From NCBI GenBank assembly GCA_973895155.1, contig OZ316891.1, forward strand, positions 25,915,899 to 25,979,898: DNA of 64,000 nt, in the 5' to 3' direction. Position 1 is the first letter of the stretch. Each line of letters opens with the position of its first letter. The notes below the pieces were generated by a model, which saw only the letters and a program-made list of their open reading frames with translations, made no database searches and had not been told where the DNA came from. A program made the position numbers and the translations under genes. This document shows positions 24,019-36,600 of this stretch, piece after piece. The stretch is from Marsupella aquatica. Taxonomy: Eukaryota > Plantae > Marchantiophyta.

Positions 24019-24033
24019 TTTCGAATGGTACAG

Positions 24034-25293
24034 GTTGAAGTCTTAACAGAGCAGATGGAGACGGCAATCTTAGCAGACATTGACCATCAGCTGACCTATA
24101 GCCATGGATGTCAGAAGCGCTTGGCGTTCTTTTGTCTTGTCAAGTTGGGTTTGAGAGGAGGAGGGGAAATATGGAACTTGCATCGCAATGATCTGAAAAC
24201 CTGTCTGGACAAAGCAGGCAGGGAGTATGTCATGTAAGTATCCTTTTGAATCACTAACTTAACAAGTTTTTTCTTTCTGTGATCCCTGACTGCTCATATT
24301 ATGTGGTTTTCGTGTTCAGGTTTGAAGAGAGGGAGAGCAAAAACAACTCGTACACACTTCAGAAGTACCAAGAGGAGTAGTTTCGCAATGTCTTCCATAG
24401 TTACGATGAAGACTTCTTGATGACGGTGAAGCAGTACAAGCGGCATTTGCCACCTGAAGCAGAGACCGAGAAGCCTGACTTGTTCATGCAGGCTGTCACA
24501 AATCCAGCAGGGATTGTTTGGTACAACAAATGTCACAAGGTCGGGAGAGATACAGCTGGTAAGTGGCTAAAAAATATGGCTCTACTAGTAGGATTGACAC
24601 CTGAAGTATTCACCAATCGCAGTGGGAGAGATACTCTCATCACCCGAATGGCTGCTCGTGGAGTTCCTGATGAAGTTGGTATGCTAATCAGTGGACACCA
24701 TTCCACTGGGGGCTATTTGAGGTATGATCGAACACAGAGATTGAAGATGGAAGCAACTACATTAGTGTCTAGCAATCCTGCTCTGGATTACGAGAAAGCC
24801 TTGTCACATGTATCAAAGAAATTTGTTGCAGAGGAGCTGGTCGGATCTTGTTCTGGTTTGAAGCCGCTTGTAAGCAGGGTGAGCGAGAACTCTAATCTGC
24901 CGATGGCCATTACGAATCTCTTGCAGGTAAGTCGATGCAGTACTTTCTGATTTCTTGTGACTTGTTTACTGTAATCTCATTTTACTTATTCCTGCTATGA
25001 ATTGGCAGGTCCGAGAGGAACAACATATGGAGGAGAAAGGTCCTACAAATAGTTCGGATGGTTCAAACAGCAAGAGGTCGAGATGGGAGAGAAATTATGA
25101 CAACTTTGACTGGGAGAATGCAATTCTGACCAAGGATCCAGAGCTGTTTAAGAGAATGTCATCGCTACCGAAGTCACCACGTTCAGTAGGAAGTAATATG
25201 TCAGGGAATGCTTTCCATAATTGTAGTGTGACCATCAAGTTTGTTCATCCGAACAATGAGGAAGACAAGGAGAATAGTGTAGGTCCAAGCTAA
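24034..25293 (+). pseudogene. Crypton-type (DUF3504-like) tyrosine recombinase, 5'-truncated, with an in-frame stop
   Basis: Exons 24034-24233, 24320-24926 and 25009-25293 joined by phase-compatible GT-AG introns. Motifs LGLRGGGE (R), ESKNN (K), FTNRSGR (HxxR position), ISGHHS (H), YLRYDR (Y). TAG at 24378-24380. Confidence 0.85.
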
Positions 25294-25919
25294 TGGTGTA
25301 GATAGTGATAAGTCTCCATTGTTGAGACAGAGTTCTCATGTAGTCAGGCTAGTTATACAATTGCTTATACAGAATTATCCAGTAACTGTTCTACTGATTA
25401 TACATTTATCATGAACCTGAAGTATTCTTTTGTCACGTCATTTGGATTGATCAGTATTTTGGTCACCTTTCAATAAAACGGAATGATTTTTGTACATGAA
25501 ACTGTTTGAGTCTTTTGTGACCAAATTGTGTATACACTTTCCGTCTGGATTGTCACAAGAAATCACTATCAGCCATGACACAGAAATAAAACCTGCCAAG
25601 AAACACAAGCCGAGTGTCGCCCCCACTGGAAACCAGAACAGACGATGCTCCTATTGAGAAAACAGAAAAGGAGAAAAAGGATTGGAATAGCCATGATCAA
25701 GAGTAAACTGGCAACTGAGAAATGTATGTTCTCCGTTGAAAAATATGCCTTGTCCATCCACTCCTTATCCCTTTTCCATCCACTCCTTACAGGACTCCGT
25801 AAGGGCATTATGAATTTCCGTCAAAGCATTACAGGGTTTTGTAAAGGAATTATGGATTTTTGTTGTGTCAGGATGGAATATTATGGTAATGGGCATAATG
25901 GACGGAAAGTTTCACCCAA

Positions 25920-25948
25920 CGGTAACCGCACCACCAACCCGTGATTAC
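25920..25948 (-). repeat. Right bipartite terminal inverted repeat
   Basis: CGGTAAC (25920-25926), 12-nt spacer, CCGTGATTAC (25939-25948). Confidence 0.7.
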
Positions 25949-28166
25949 GTGTCAGCTGGGCAAGGTTTAGTCGCTCGATTTTGTGATTATTAGCAGGGAT
26001 AGGACCTCGAGGGGCTTAGCATCTTTTTATACCGCGAGTGATCCAGACCTAGTTAAAATACACCTACTTTAGAACAAGAATATTCTGTATTTTTGTGTGT
26101 TGTAACATCCTATATTATTTCCTATTCTTTAAAAAACTGTAGTTGTTAAAACAATATGAATATAGTTGTTTTAGATCACTCTTGTTCCAAGTTTTTGGAA
26201 ATTGACCTTTGAGGATAGTACCTCCTACCATAGACATGCAAACTATATAGTAAGTTGTCTACTAATATTCCTAAAATGTTTTTCTCATAATTTTAACCCA
26301 AACCAATAAACTACGGCAGCCCAAGGGACTACCAACTCTACTATCAATCTATCACGTGGCAAAAGTCACCCAAGGACCACCATCTCGACTATCCATCTAG
26401 CACATAGCAAAAAGCTACCCAAGGAGCAGCATCACAAGTATCAATCCTTTTATTTGTATCTTAATATTTGCCTTTGACCAAAATAGAAAGTTTGACTGTC
26501 TATCTCTTCAACCCAGACCATCATCTCGACCACTCTGGTTTTCCATCACCTTGACCATGCCTGTTGATAACGGCCCCTTTCATTTCAGAGAACATAAGTT
26601 TTTTGGTTTCTTGCATGAGAGATTTACACTATTTGCTTCAAAGTATCATGAAACAACTTGGATATATTTGTTAAATCAAACTGTCTCGATCCCTCGATGA
26701 GGTCTATATGGGAAGGATACATTATCCTTTAACTCTTTCTCGTTGAGTCATCTCCTACAAAAGGGGCAGGAGATTTATGAAACATTTACTCGTCCCCTTC
26801 CCTTTCATATACGAATCTTCTCCATGGTGAAATCCAGTCTGTATGGTTTCCAATGTGATGAAACAACTTGGAACTATTAAATGAATCAATTTGCCTGGAT
26901 TGGGATTCTTCTCCTCCCCGTTCTACCCAGGCCTTCCAGCATCACCATTTAGTTTTTTAAGTCTGTTAGTTTGGATGAATAATCCTTTCCCTCACTGTCC
27001 GTTCCTTTGCATATGACTATGAGCCAGAGGAACAAACTAATATCATCTCACCTGCACTAGCTGCTCTAGGTTCGATAGTCTCAGCTAGTTGGTCAGTTGG
27101 TCCGCACTATGCAGATTGAGACTTCAGAGAAAAGAATACAAGTCTAGAGGGGGCCTTTGCATGAGACTATACATAGCATGCAGATGGTCTCACAAAGTGT
27201 CATGTGAAAATATATGTAGTACCATTCATTCCAGAAGTAGCCCTTCACAATGAGCGCTTTCATGTAAAGGTGAAATGAGACCTTTGTCAGAAAATCAACG
27301 TTGAAGGATCCTTTGTGTCAAGAGCAGTCTGTGCATTTTTTTGGATCACCTTTGAGTCCAGTAATGTTTTAATTGACAGGTGAATTTTCATTTCAAATTG
27401 ACTCTTGTGAAGATTCCTTATCCCACCTTGAAATACTCCTTTGTTTTGGTGTAGGGGTTTGGAAAAATAATAATAGTCAATCAAATCGCCACATTAAGTT
27501 CAATGAAATCGTCTTGTCAGGTATAGATGAAAAATGCATGAGAAATATTGCATGGCCCTCCCTAAGGTCAGGAAGTACTATCTTACAATCTTAGATCTTA
27601 ACAAGCAGACTTGAGAGACTCTGGAATTCGATTCCGACTCACGACTAATTTCAGTCTGGAGGAGAGCAACATTTGTGGACTGCACAAAGATCCTTGAACA
27701 TTTCATTCATTGCTACAAATTTGTAAGCATAATTGATATTTACTATTCCAAGGCAAGACTGATAGATGTTGCAAGCAGAATACAAAGTGAGGCTCGTGAG
27801 ACTTTACGCATCATCTGAAGAGCCAGCCCCAATTGCACGAGACGTTTGTTGCCGTGGCATGACATGCCATTGAGTACCTGCACTTTCCGGACTGTTTTTC
27901 AATCTGGGTCGAACCCCAATCTAGCTTCACATTATGTAGACTGTTAACCTGAAATCTGTGGGTAAACTCCATTCGCTTGCTCCAATTGAATTATAAATTC
28001 ACTAGCCTTCTGTTGCAAGACTTCCATCACAGTAAGGCTTCCTTCACAGTAACGGTTCTATTCAAGAGTCCTAAAATCCTTAGCACTTTGACGTGCTGTC
28101 AATATATAGCTAATTTTTACCCCACAAATCAATTCTGAAGAATCCTAGTCCGTGAGTGGGGAGTGT

Positions 28167-31100
28167 TCACAGCTGTCGATTCCTCTTCTCGTTAACCTTT
28201 CGCAGCTCTTGAGAATTGTCAAAACATTCTGTAAATCCAAAGTGGGGCCTTCTTTCATACCATGTGGCCTCTTCTGCGTGCGTATCCCAGTGTTCCCCAC
28301 TGCTGCTCTTCCCATACTTATGTACCCAACCCGTGCCATTATGGCCCTCACCCCATGTCCTGTTCCATTTCTCCCCATTGATTCCCTCCCACCATGTCTC
28401 CCCTTGCTTTACCCCATGACCTTCATGGTCAAAGTGCTCATCCCATTTATCACCCCACTTTGTCCAGCTATCACCGAACTCTTTCCTCTCGGCCCACTTG
28501 TCGGTGTACTTCATAGCACTGCCTTGACCATCAAACCTTTCACCCCATCTGCAAGAATAGCGCACTGAAGTGAGAACAAAACGACTCGACAGCAGCTGAG
28601 GCATTGAAATTATAGATCTAAACAAGAGCTCGTTAGGAAGGATTCATGAGTTTTTATTACCTCTCACGCCATGTGTGAGCATGACCTGGCTCCAAAAGTG
28701 TATCCGAATCTATTCGACTCCATTTGTCTGCCCATTTCTCGGTGTAGCCAAGTGCATCATAATGTTCAAACCACTTTTCCCGCCACTCTCCACCTGATGC
28801 ATCCTTCCCCCACTTGTCTGCTGTCTTCTCCATATGTTGCAATCCATTTGAAGCATCCTGTATTGAGAGCAAAATTAGACCATGAACAAGCTCCTCAAAA
28901 CACGGTGCACGCGCACACCGCGGGTCTGATTCAATGGAACAACAGATGAAATTCGATAGAGAACTCTATATTGATTGTTACCTTACAGACTTGAGAAAAC
29001 TACTTCCTATTTGCTTCGAATTTATGAAAGCAATTGGGAACCTGAGTCATACCTGCCACATAGATTCTTTCCAGAATTCATGCCAAACTCTACCAAAAGA
29101 ATCACGGCCAGACTTCTCAGCACCAAGTTCCTTGTAGTCAAAAGCATCAGATGCTTCCCAAAACTTCTCTTGCCATTCCGTCCCTTCATCCGCACTTACT
29201 CCTCTAATAAGTGTCCATTTGCAAACAACTCCGTTCTCCCTCTCCTCCACACCAGTTTCCTGCCACCATCTAGATCCATCCTCATGAACACCACTGGACA
29301 CGCTTTCAGCACTGTGCAGTTCTTGATTGACTGCGCTGGCTGTTTCAGTGTCGATTCTAGGCATTCTTACACTTGGTTGTACCTCGGTGACCGATTCTAT
29401 ATCTGCAATTTTCTCTTTGTCCACTTCAAGAAGAGATTGAAGAGGAGGAAGTGATGGCATTGCCCTGTTCTGGAACATGATGGGTAAGTCAATTGTTTCC
29501 TCCATTGCTTCAGTTTCAAAGGGTAAGGATAGACTATTTGGGGTCCTGTCTTTCTCCAAAACACTAGGCGTGGGCTTTGGGTCAGGGCCAGCAGACTTCA
29601 GTGGTTGTGGTCCTGCACTTTCAGGAGGAACCCATGACCAGAACTCAGGTCCAGGCGTGCCTTGAAAACCTGATCGTACTGACGAAGGTGAGTCACTTTC
29701 AGCTGGACAAAAACCGAGTAGCGCAATTGTCAATTGAGAATCCCAATTTCTGATAATTCAGATATAGTCAGTACACATGCTCCTGCTTCCTCCAAGTTTG
29801 CTGATAAGTCTGGCGTAACTTCTATCACTTACGACGTCTGTAGAATTTACTCTAGGCCATTTCAATAAATGTGACCCAAACTTCTAAGGAAACCGTTGTC
29901 TTTCATAAGCCTTCATCCCATTAGAGCTTCTTTCGGGAAGAGTAATTTGCCAAATCCTCGTCCTGAATGCTCAACGTATTGCTACAAATAACCCTCTGTC
30001 CGTGGGGTTCCTAAACAGGAAAATCCCCAAGGTGCATAATATAACCAGCCAAATTGCAATTGGCCACAATAATCGTCAGCCCAAAGCATATAAGAGTGAC
30101 CGTGCCTGGACATATTGCGCAGTGGGGCAAGTTCCACTAGTCCAAATGACGGTCGCAAGCACAGGTATCCAAATTCAAACTAATATTTCACCTTTTCGTA
30201 CAGAAAATAGGCCAGGGCTGCCCTTTAAACCGAAGGAAAGCAAAATTGACAGGGATTCGAAATTAAAACGAAGATTTCGTGTTGGCCTTCATCCTTGTCA
30301 TCTCTAAGATAGTTTCCGTAGTAGCCAAAATACGAAAACATATCCCACTGAGAACTGAAGTAGAGCGTATCTAAACATCTCAGAGCTAGGGGATCCCCAA
30401 GTATTGGAATTTCTTTCTCTATGGCGATCGAGGATTACTACAACTAACCTCTCTATGGTCTGCATTCAAATTGGACAATTTCCGAGAAATGAGAACCTGA
30501 TCTGCATGTTTTTAAGGGTAAGATAGTCAACCTAGTTTTGCGTTAAATACGCTCTGTAGAACACCCCTCTATCTAAACCGAACTATTAGACCTTTTTCTC
30601 AACCAATCAAACTTCTATGTCTTAAGACACAGAAATGTAAAAGTGGTATGTACCTTCTCGAGGCCTGCTCAATTGCTGAGGTCGTACTTCAACAACCGAC
30701 GTGGGAATCCATTTGGAAGCAGTAGTAGATGGTGGTGCAGAGGTGCCATTCGATGCTGGAGTTGACTTCTGCTGTTGGGGGACAGCGTTAGGATGTTCGG
30801 AGAGAAGAGCATTGACTGCTGCAAGAGCAGCAGCAGCTCGGTCCACAACCTGCATCCGCTGTACCCTGTCCCTCTCCTCTGTTGGTACCTGCAACATAGA
30901 CTGGAAATCCTTCTCCCTCCGTGCCCAATCCTCTGGGTCATCTTCCACACTCTTCCCCTGCTTGGCACGCTCCCACATCTTGAGAAACGATGCGCCTCCA
31001 TCCTCCTCCTTAACTTTCTCATCCTCTGCTTGTGAAGGATTGGACAAACTCGAGGCTCTAACTTTAACCCCCCCGGAGAACCTCAGAAGTACGGACGAAG

Positions 31101-31215
31101 AAGTCAGCCGAACTCTCCTGCTCACAACAGAACTCGAAGATAAGAGCCCCACATTCGTCACCCTCGCAATCCTAATGCCCCCGGCTTGAAGGAGGGGGCT
31201 CCATGAAAGAGCCAT
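28167..31215 (-). CDS. LESV: Protein LIKE EARLY STARVATION (plastid starch-binding, Trp-rich), four exons
   Basis: Exons ~31215-30654, 29702-29053, ~28860-28661 and ~28548-28167. Transit-peptide-like N-terminus. Motifs GPEFWSW, DGSRWW.ETG, EKTADKWG, KYTDKWAER, GVKQGETWWEG, GWVHKYGKSSSGEHWDTH. Confidence 0.9.
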
Positions 31216-32934
31216 GAGCTCAAATCTTCAGGGTGTTCACTAATCCCCCAATACCTGCGAATGAAATGTTGGGGTTCAAATGTCAACAACAATGTCAGGA
31301 AAAAACCAATGGCTGGCTGGCTAGCTAATTCTTATAGTCCAATAGCAGGCAGAGTGCGGAATACATCGAGGGGAGGGTCGTTAGAAGTGCTAAAAGGCAT
31401 GGCTAAACCGAGAACGTTTACTTATGCTACAAAACTACTTGCTGTCACGAAATCGATAGTACTAAGAGGCAAAGGGCAAACCCCAATGTAATCCTACATA
31501 TGATTCATATGGTATCAAGCGATAGGCAATAGTTTGGAGAGAATGAATAAATCAATCAACAAAAGAACATGAGACCTTACTGTTCTAATTCCCCCCCCCA
31601 CCCCCCGAATTTCGAAGTTCCGACAACGTAGTTTTCTGCTTTTAGCTTCCCCAACAAATCTCGTTTCAAATTGCATGACAATTGGCCACGGACGAGGGGG
31701 CCGACCCGAACATGGAAAAGAAGAGAAGGGATGATCAAGAACATCGACAAGCAATCCACACACATGAGCAGAAATTGAAATATTTCATTTCAATACACGA
31801 TCCCACATTGCCACGCCTTCACCACCGTATGCGGGAGCTAACCTGCCGTGACCCGCGAATGGACCAATTCCCCCTTTCGTCCCACTGCAGATTCCCGACC
31901 AAGTCCTTCTATCAATTTCAGGGGACAGGTCAGGTCCTATTTTTGTGCACCTTCCATATCAGGAACAAGGTCTCATGCCACTTCCAAACAGGCGGAACAA
32001 TCATTAACCGTGAGCAAACACCATCATCCTCCATTTAGAAGTGGGTTCCGTTCATGCTGCTCTGTACCAGCCAATTCCTCCAAACAAATCGAGCTCACGA
32101 TTCACACAAAGGGCCTCTGGTACTCTGAATCCCAAAGGGTACAACAGCACTCCGGCAAAAGCAGATTGCAAGCTCCAAGTCATGTTCCTCCTCCTGCTCT
32201 CGACCCTGACCATGCAGCCCACAAATCCAGCTCCCTCCCTGCTTCCCCTCCGCACCAAGCAACCCCCCAGAGGTAGAATCACTCCGTGGGGGCTGGTGGC
32301 TCAGCAAAACAACCGTAACTGCCAGAATCTGGAGCACCCCTATGAGTGAGTGACTCCTTTTTGGGGTGGAAATGTGGAATGTTTTCTTCGTCCTCGATCG
32401 AACCGTAAAGGCCTTTGAGAATCGGGATCAGGCTGTACAGCAGTGATGTAGAGTCAGAGTTGGATGCCATTGAAGAGGTGGTGAGCGCGCAGGGGTGACA
32501 GATGAAAGGTTGCATGGAGAGTAGCAGAGGGAATTCATGTCGGAAGCTCTGGTGGACAGGCTTTGGAGAGTTGTTGTGGGGCGCCGCCTCCAAAGGGAAA
32601 CCACAAACCCACAAACCACAAACAGCCAACGGAGAGTTTTGCTTTTAATAAATGTGGGATGGAGGTCAGGACTTTGGAGCCATCACTTGTCTTTGGTAGG
32701 GCCAAGGTTTGTTTGTCTTGGTATCTATAGCTAAGGGGCAAGTGAGGGTTGTAGACTTCTACAGTAGAGTGAAGACTCAAGAAAGTGACTATAGGGCCGT
32801 GCCAAACTTTATGTGGATGAAAGAAGAATGAAATATTATGTATGTCAAAATGATGATCATGTAACCATAGATTTTGTCAGCATTTTTATTAGCATTTAAA
32901 CAATAGGCATTCAGACTAGTCTCTACACAAATTC

Positions 32935-33385
32935 ATGTTTGTGACCCTACTATGCTATTTATTTCAGTTGTTGCTTGTGACCCTCCTATGATATTTGATT
33001 TCAGCTGTTGCTTGTGACCCTCAAATGCTATTTATTTCAGTTCTTGCTTGTGACCCTCGTATGCTTTTTATTTCAGTTCTTGCTTGTGACCCTCCTATTC
33101 TATATCTTTTCAGTTGTTGCCGTGTAAGGCTTGAGAGTTCTTTTTTGTATTGGGATCTCTAGACAAATTCCTATGTGTGATCCTCCCATGAGATTAACTA
33201 CGGTTGTTTTGATATCCCTGAACAATTTCCTCTATTTGATCCTCCTATGAGACTTATTATGGTAGTTTTGAGATCTCTAAACCACTTCCTCTATATGGTC
33301 CTCCTACAAGATTTACTATGGTTATTTGGGATCTCTAGACACATTTCTCTTTGTAAGACTCCTTTGAGATTTACTATGGAACTCT
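32935..33385. repeat. Tandem repeats: about 5 x 39 bp, then about 4 x 60 bp degenerate
   Basis: GCTTGTGACCCTCCTATGCTATTTATTTCAGTTGTT units, followed by GATCTCTAGAC...CCTCCTATGAGATTTACTATGG-like units. Confidence 0.85.
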
Positions 33386-33614
33386 ACTAGGCTTCTCAGT
33401 TTGTTGGCGAGTGGTGCTCTAGTTCTTTTGTCATTGTTGGAAACTTTTGGGCTCTATGGCTCGTTGGAAGTTCTCAGTTTTACTGCGTTTTAGCTATTTG
33501 ACCTTTTTCAGTTTTTCCCTTGTTTACTCCCTTTTATTGGGTCTTCTGTCTTTGAGGTACTTTTATCTTGTCTCTTGGTTTGATAATTTTTGTTCTTTGG
33601 CAATGTGATATATT

Positions 33615-36600
33615 TGTTAAGCATAGACGACATTCGCAACTGCAAGCCCATGAACCATTCAACGCACAAGAGTCGACACGGAGAGATACGTGGTTCACCT
33701 CCACATGAGGCTACGTCCACGGGAACACACAAGAGCTTTACTCCACTCTAGGCCGATCGGCCATACCAAACATCCACAGCACAAGCTCTCCCTATCTCTC
33801 AACTAGCTCCGTAACAATGAGCCTAAGTTCCACCAGGGTCTGGCATCAGCCCTGGCTTAATACACGCCCTGCCGTGCTGCCGCGACGAGCAGCCGGCCGT
33901 GCCCACACCGTGCCATGTCGTGCCCATGCCATGTCGTGCCTTGTCTTGCCGTGCCGTGCCCACGATGATCTGGATTCATTAAAGGACACATCTCTACTGA
34001 CAATTAACTTACAGGTTACTGGATCCCATAACCTATAACCCTTCACACCTTTCTGATAGCCAAGGAAAATGCATTTCTTCAACTTGGACTCCAACTTGGA
34101 TTGAAGCTGGGAAGGTGTAAGCACATAAGCATCACATCCAAAAATCCTGAGATGTGAGTAATCTGCTGAACGTCCGTACCTCATTTCAAATGGCGTCTTG
34201 AATCCAATAGAACTGGATGGAGAAAAATTTACCAAATAAGCTGCAGTGTCGACAGCTTCAGCCCAAAACTCGTGGTAAGCATGATTCACTCAACATATTC
34301 CTCGAGCGGTCCAATAGTGTTCGGTTGAGTCTCCCAAAAATACCATTCTGTTGAGGAGTATAAATTGTTGTGAGATGATGGGTAATACCCTGCTCCTTAC
34401 AATACGTTCCAAATTCCCCGGAACTGTATTCACCACCGTTATCTGATCAAAAATATCTCACCTTATTACCAGTCTGATTCTCTACTTGGGCTTTCTACTC
34501 CTTAAAAGTGGCAAAAACATCAGACTTATTGTGTATAAAGTATATCCACACATACCTTGAGTAATCGTCTATGAACGTGACATAGTATAACCATCCAGAA
34601 TGTGAGGGAGTAGGGGCTGGACCCCACACATCACTATGTACATACTCAAGTACCTCCTTGCTGGTGTGAGTTCCAACTCCGAAGGGTTTCTTGTGTTGCT
34701 TCCCTAGCACACAGTGCTCACAAAATTCCAACTTAGAAGATTGCAAATTAGAAAGTAATCCTTTCTTCTGAAGAATAACCAAACCTTTTTCACTCATGTG
34801 GCCCAAACGGAAGTGCCACAGCCGGGTCGTCTCCTCATGAGATAAGGTTACATTGGCTTCATCATAAACTACACTGCCCTCCAAAATGTATAGATTGCAA
34901 TATCTCTTTCCCTTCAATACAACTTTAGTACCAGTTGAAACCTGAAGGACACCATTAGCAGAACTCCACTGATGGCCATTTGCTTCTAAAACTCCAAGTG
35001 AAATGAGATTTTTCATCATGCTGGGAATATGTCTTCACATTCCTCAACGTTCTCACAGCATCATCAAACATCTGAAATCTAACAGATCCAAGTCCAACTA
35101 CTTGACATGGGATTCCATTTCCCATCAACACTGACCCGTTGGAAACCGTGTAGGAACTGAAAAAATCTCTCCTAGAGCAAATGTGAAAAGTACATGCACT
35201 ATCTAGAATCCAGTCATCACTACCTGGATTTGACACTACGTTGAGAGCATAACCTTGACAACCTTGACATCATAATATGTCATCATCATCGATTAAATAT
35301 ACCTCATGCGAGCTCGATGCCGCGTTAGCAGATGCAGTAGGGACCTTTACTCGACAATCCCTTTTCATGTGGCCAGACTTGCCACAATTCCAACATGCAA
35401 GAGGCTTCCTCTCTTGTGATTTCCCTTTGGATTTAGATCTCCCCCGTGATGTAAATCTAAACCTGTTCTGCCTGTTCGTGCGTTGCGCTGGTCTTCCCTG
35501 TTCACGTTTAGCGTAGTGCCAGAAGAAGATGCTGTCTATGATTGACCCAGCTTCTTCTGAGCATCATCAGATAGTAAAAAGCTCACCACCTCATTATACA
35601 AAATGGACTTCAGATCTCATACAAGAGCACCTATTTCAAGCCCTGATATGACGACGGTAAGGAGCTTAGCAGAAGCAAGGCCTTATCCTCATCTTCAACT
35701 CCTTTTCCCAGGTTTGACAGATCCACCGCTAGACTGTCAAACTCATCCAAGTGATCCTGCATCTTGCTCCCTTCCTTGAGCCTGAGGCTCATCAAGAGAG
35801 ACTTCTTGTACAGCCGGTCTGACGCATCTTCTCGATAGTACTTCTCTCTTAGAGCCTTGAACAGTGACGTGCAATCCACATAATCATCCAGCTGCTTGAT
35901 GATGTGCGGCTTGAGATATAGCATTATTGCATTGACAGTAATCACCCGAGCAATCACCTGCTCCTGTCTCCACTGTCTCACAAAAATCTCCTCCTCTCCA
36001 TCATATTGCTCTTGCGAAGAGAGCAGATGAGCTAAGCCCATGGCCCGTAGAACACCCAGGTTCACTTGCTTCTCCCATAGCAAATAATCAATACGACCAT
36101 CATACTTCTCCACCTCAAACTTCACTCCCCCAAATCTAGCCATCTCCCTCTTCTTCTCCACTACCGATAGCTCTGGTAGTAGTACAGCTTCCTCCATTGC
36201 ACGTTGCACCGGTGATCGTACCGGTGACACTAGTTCCTCCTCAAATGGTAACAGCTCCTCCTCAGACTCACCTTCTGATCGTCGCGATCCTGAAGCTCCA
36301 CTGACGTCAATTCTTCCAGTATCCTCCGAGTCACTCATATGAAACAATCACAAAAAAACATCTTTTTTTGAAACTTCTCATAAAACTCAAAACTCAACAC
36401 CGCCGCGTAGCCCATAAAGCTAGGAGTCCAATACTTAATTGCCGTAGTTTTAAACAAGAAAAGTGAATGCTGCTGACGGAAAAAGTTGCCAAATTGCACC
36501 GGCACAGTCTGCAGCCCCAGCTCAGTAAAAAAATTTCCGCCGCGTCGCCTTCACTCCGCGTCAAGTGCCAATCCTGGGCTCAAAATGACCACCTCGCCGC

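Larger units (their letters stand above)
5345..25948. mobile_element. Giant (~20.6 kb) composite DNA transposon: DDD transposase, tyrosine recombinase, ParB/MTase-like gene, three F-box-like genes and palindrome arrays
   Basis: Left end GTAATCACGG-N11-GTTACCG is matched in inverted orientation by the right end CGGTAAC-N12-CCGTGATTAC. Two recombinase genes lie at opposite ends. The ACGCG-N6-CGCGT motif was seen throughout this interval and not outside it. Confidence 0.75.

Noticed and set aside
5345-25948. Bacterial, phage or plasmid contamination; or a Helitron, Polinton or viral insert
   Set aside because: The genes have spliceosomal introns and the flanks are plant DNA. I recognised no Rep/helicase, polymerase B or capsid motifs.
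31850-32630. Possible decayed F-box/kelch gene on the minus strand
   Set aside because: Only vague similarity across broken frames, too weak to call.
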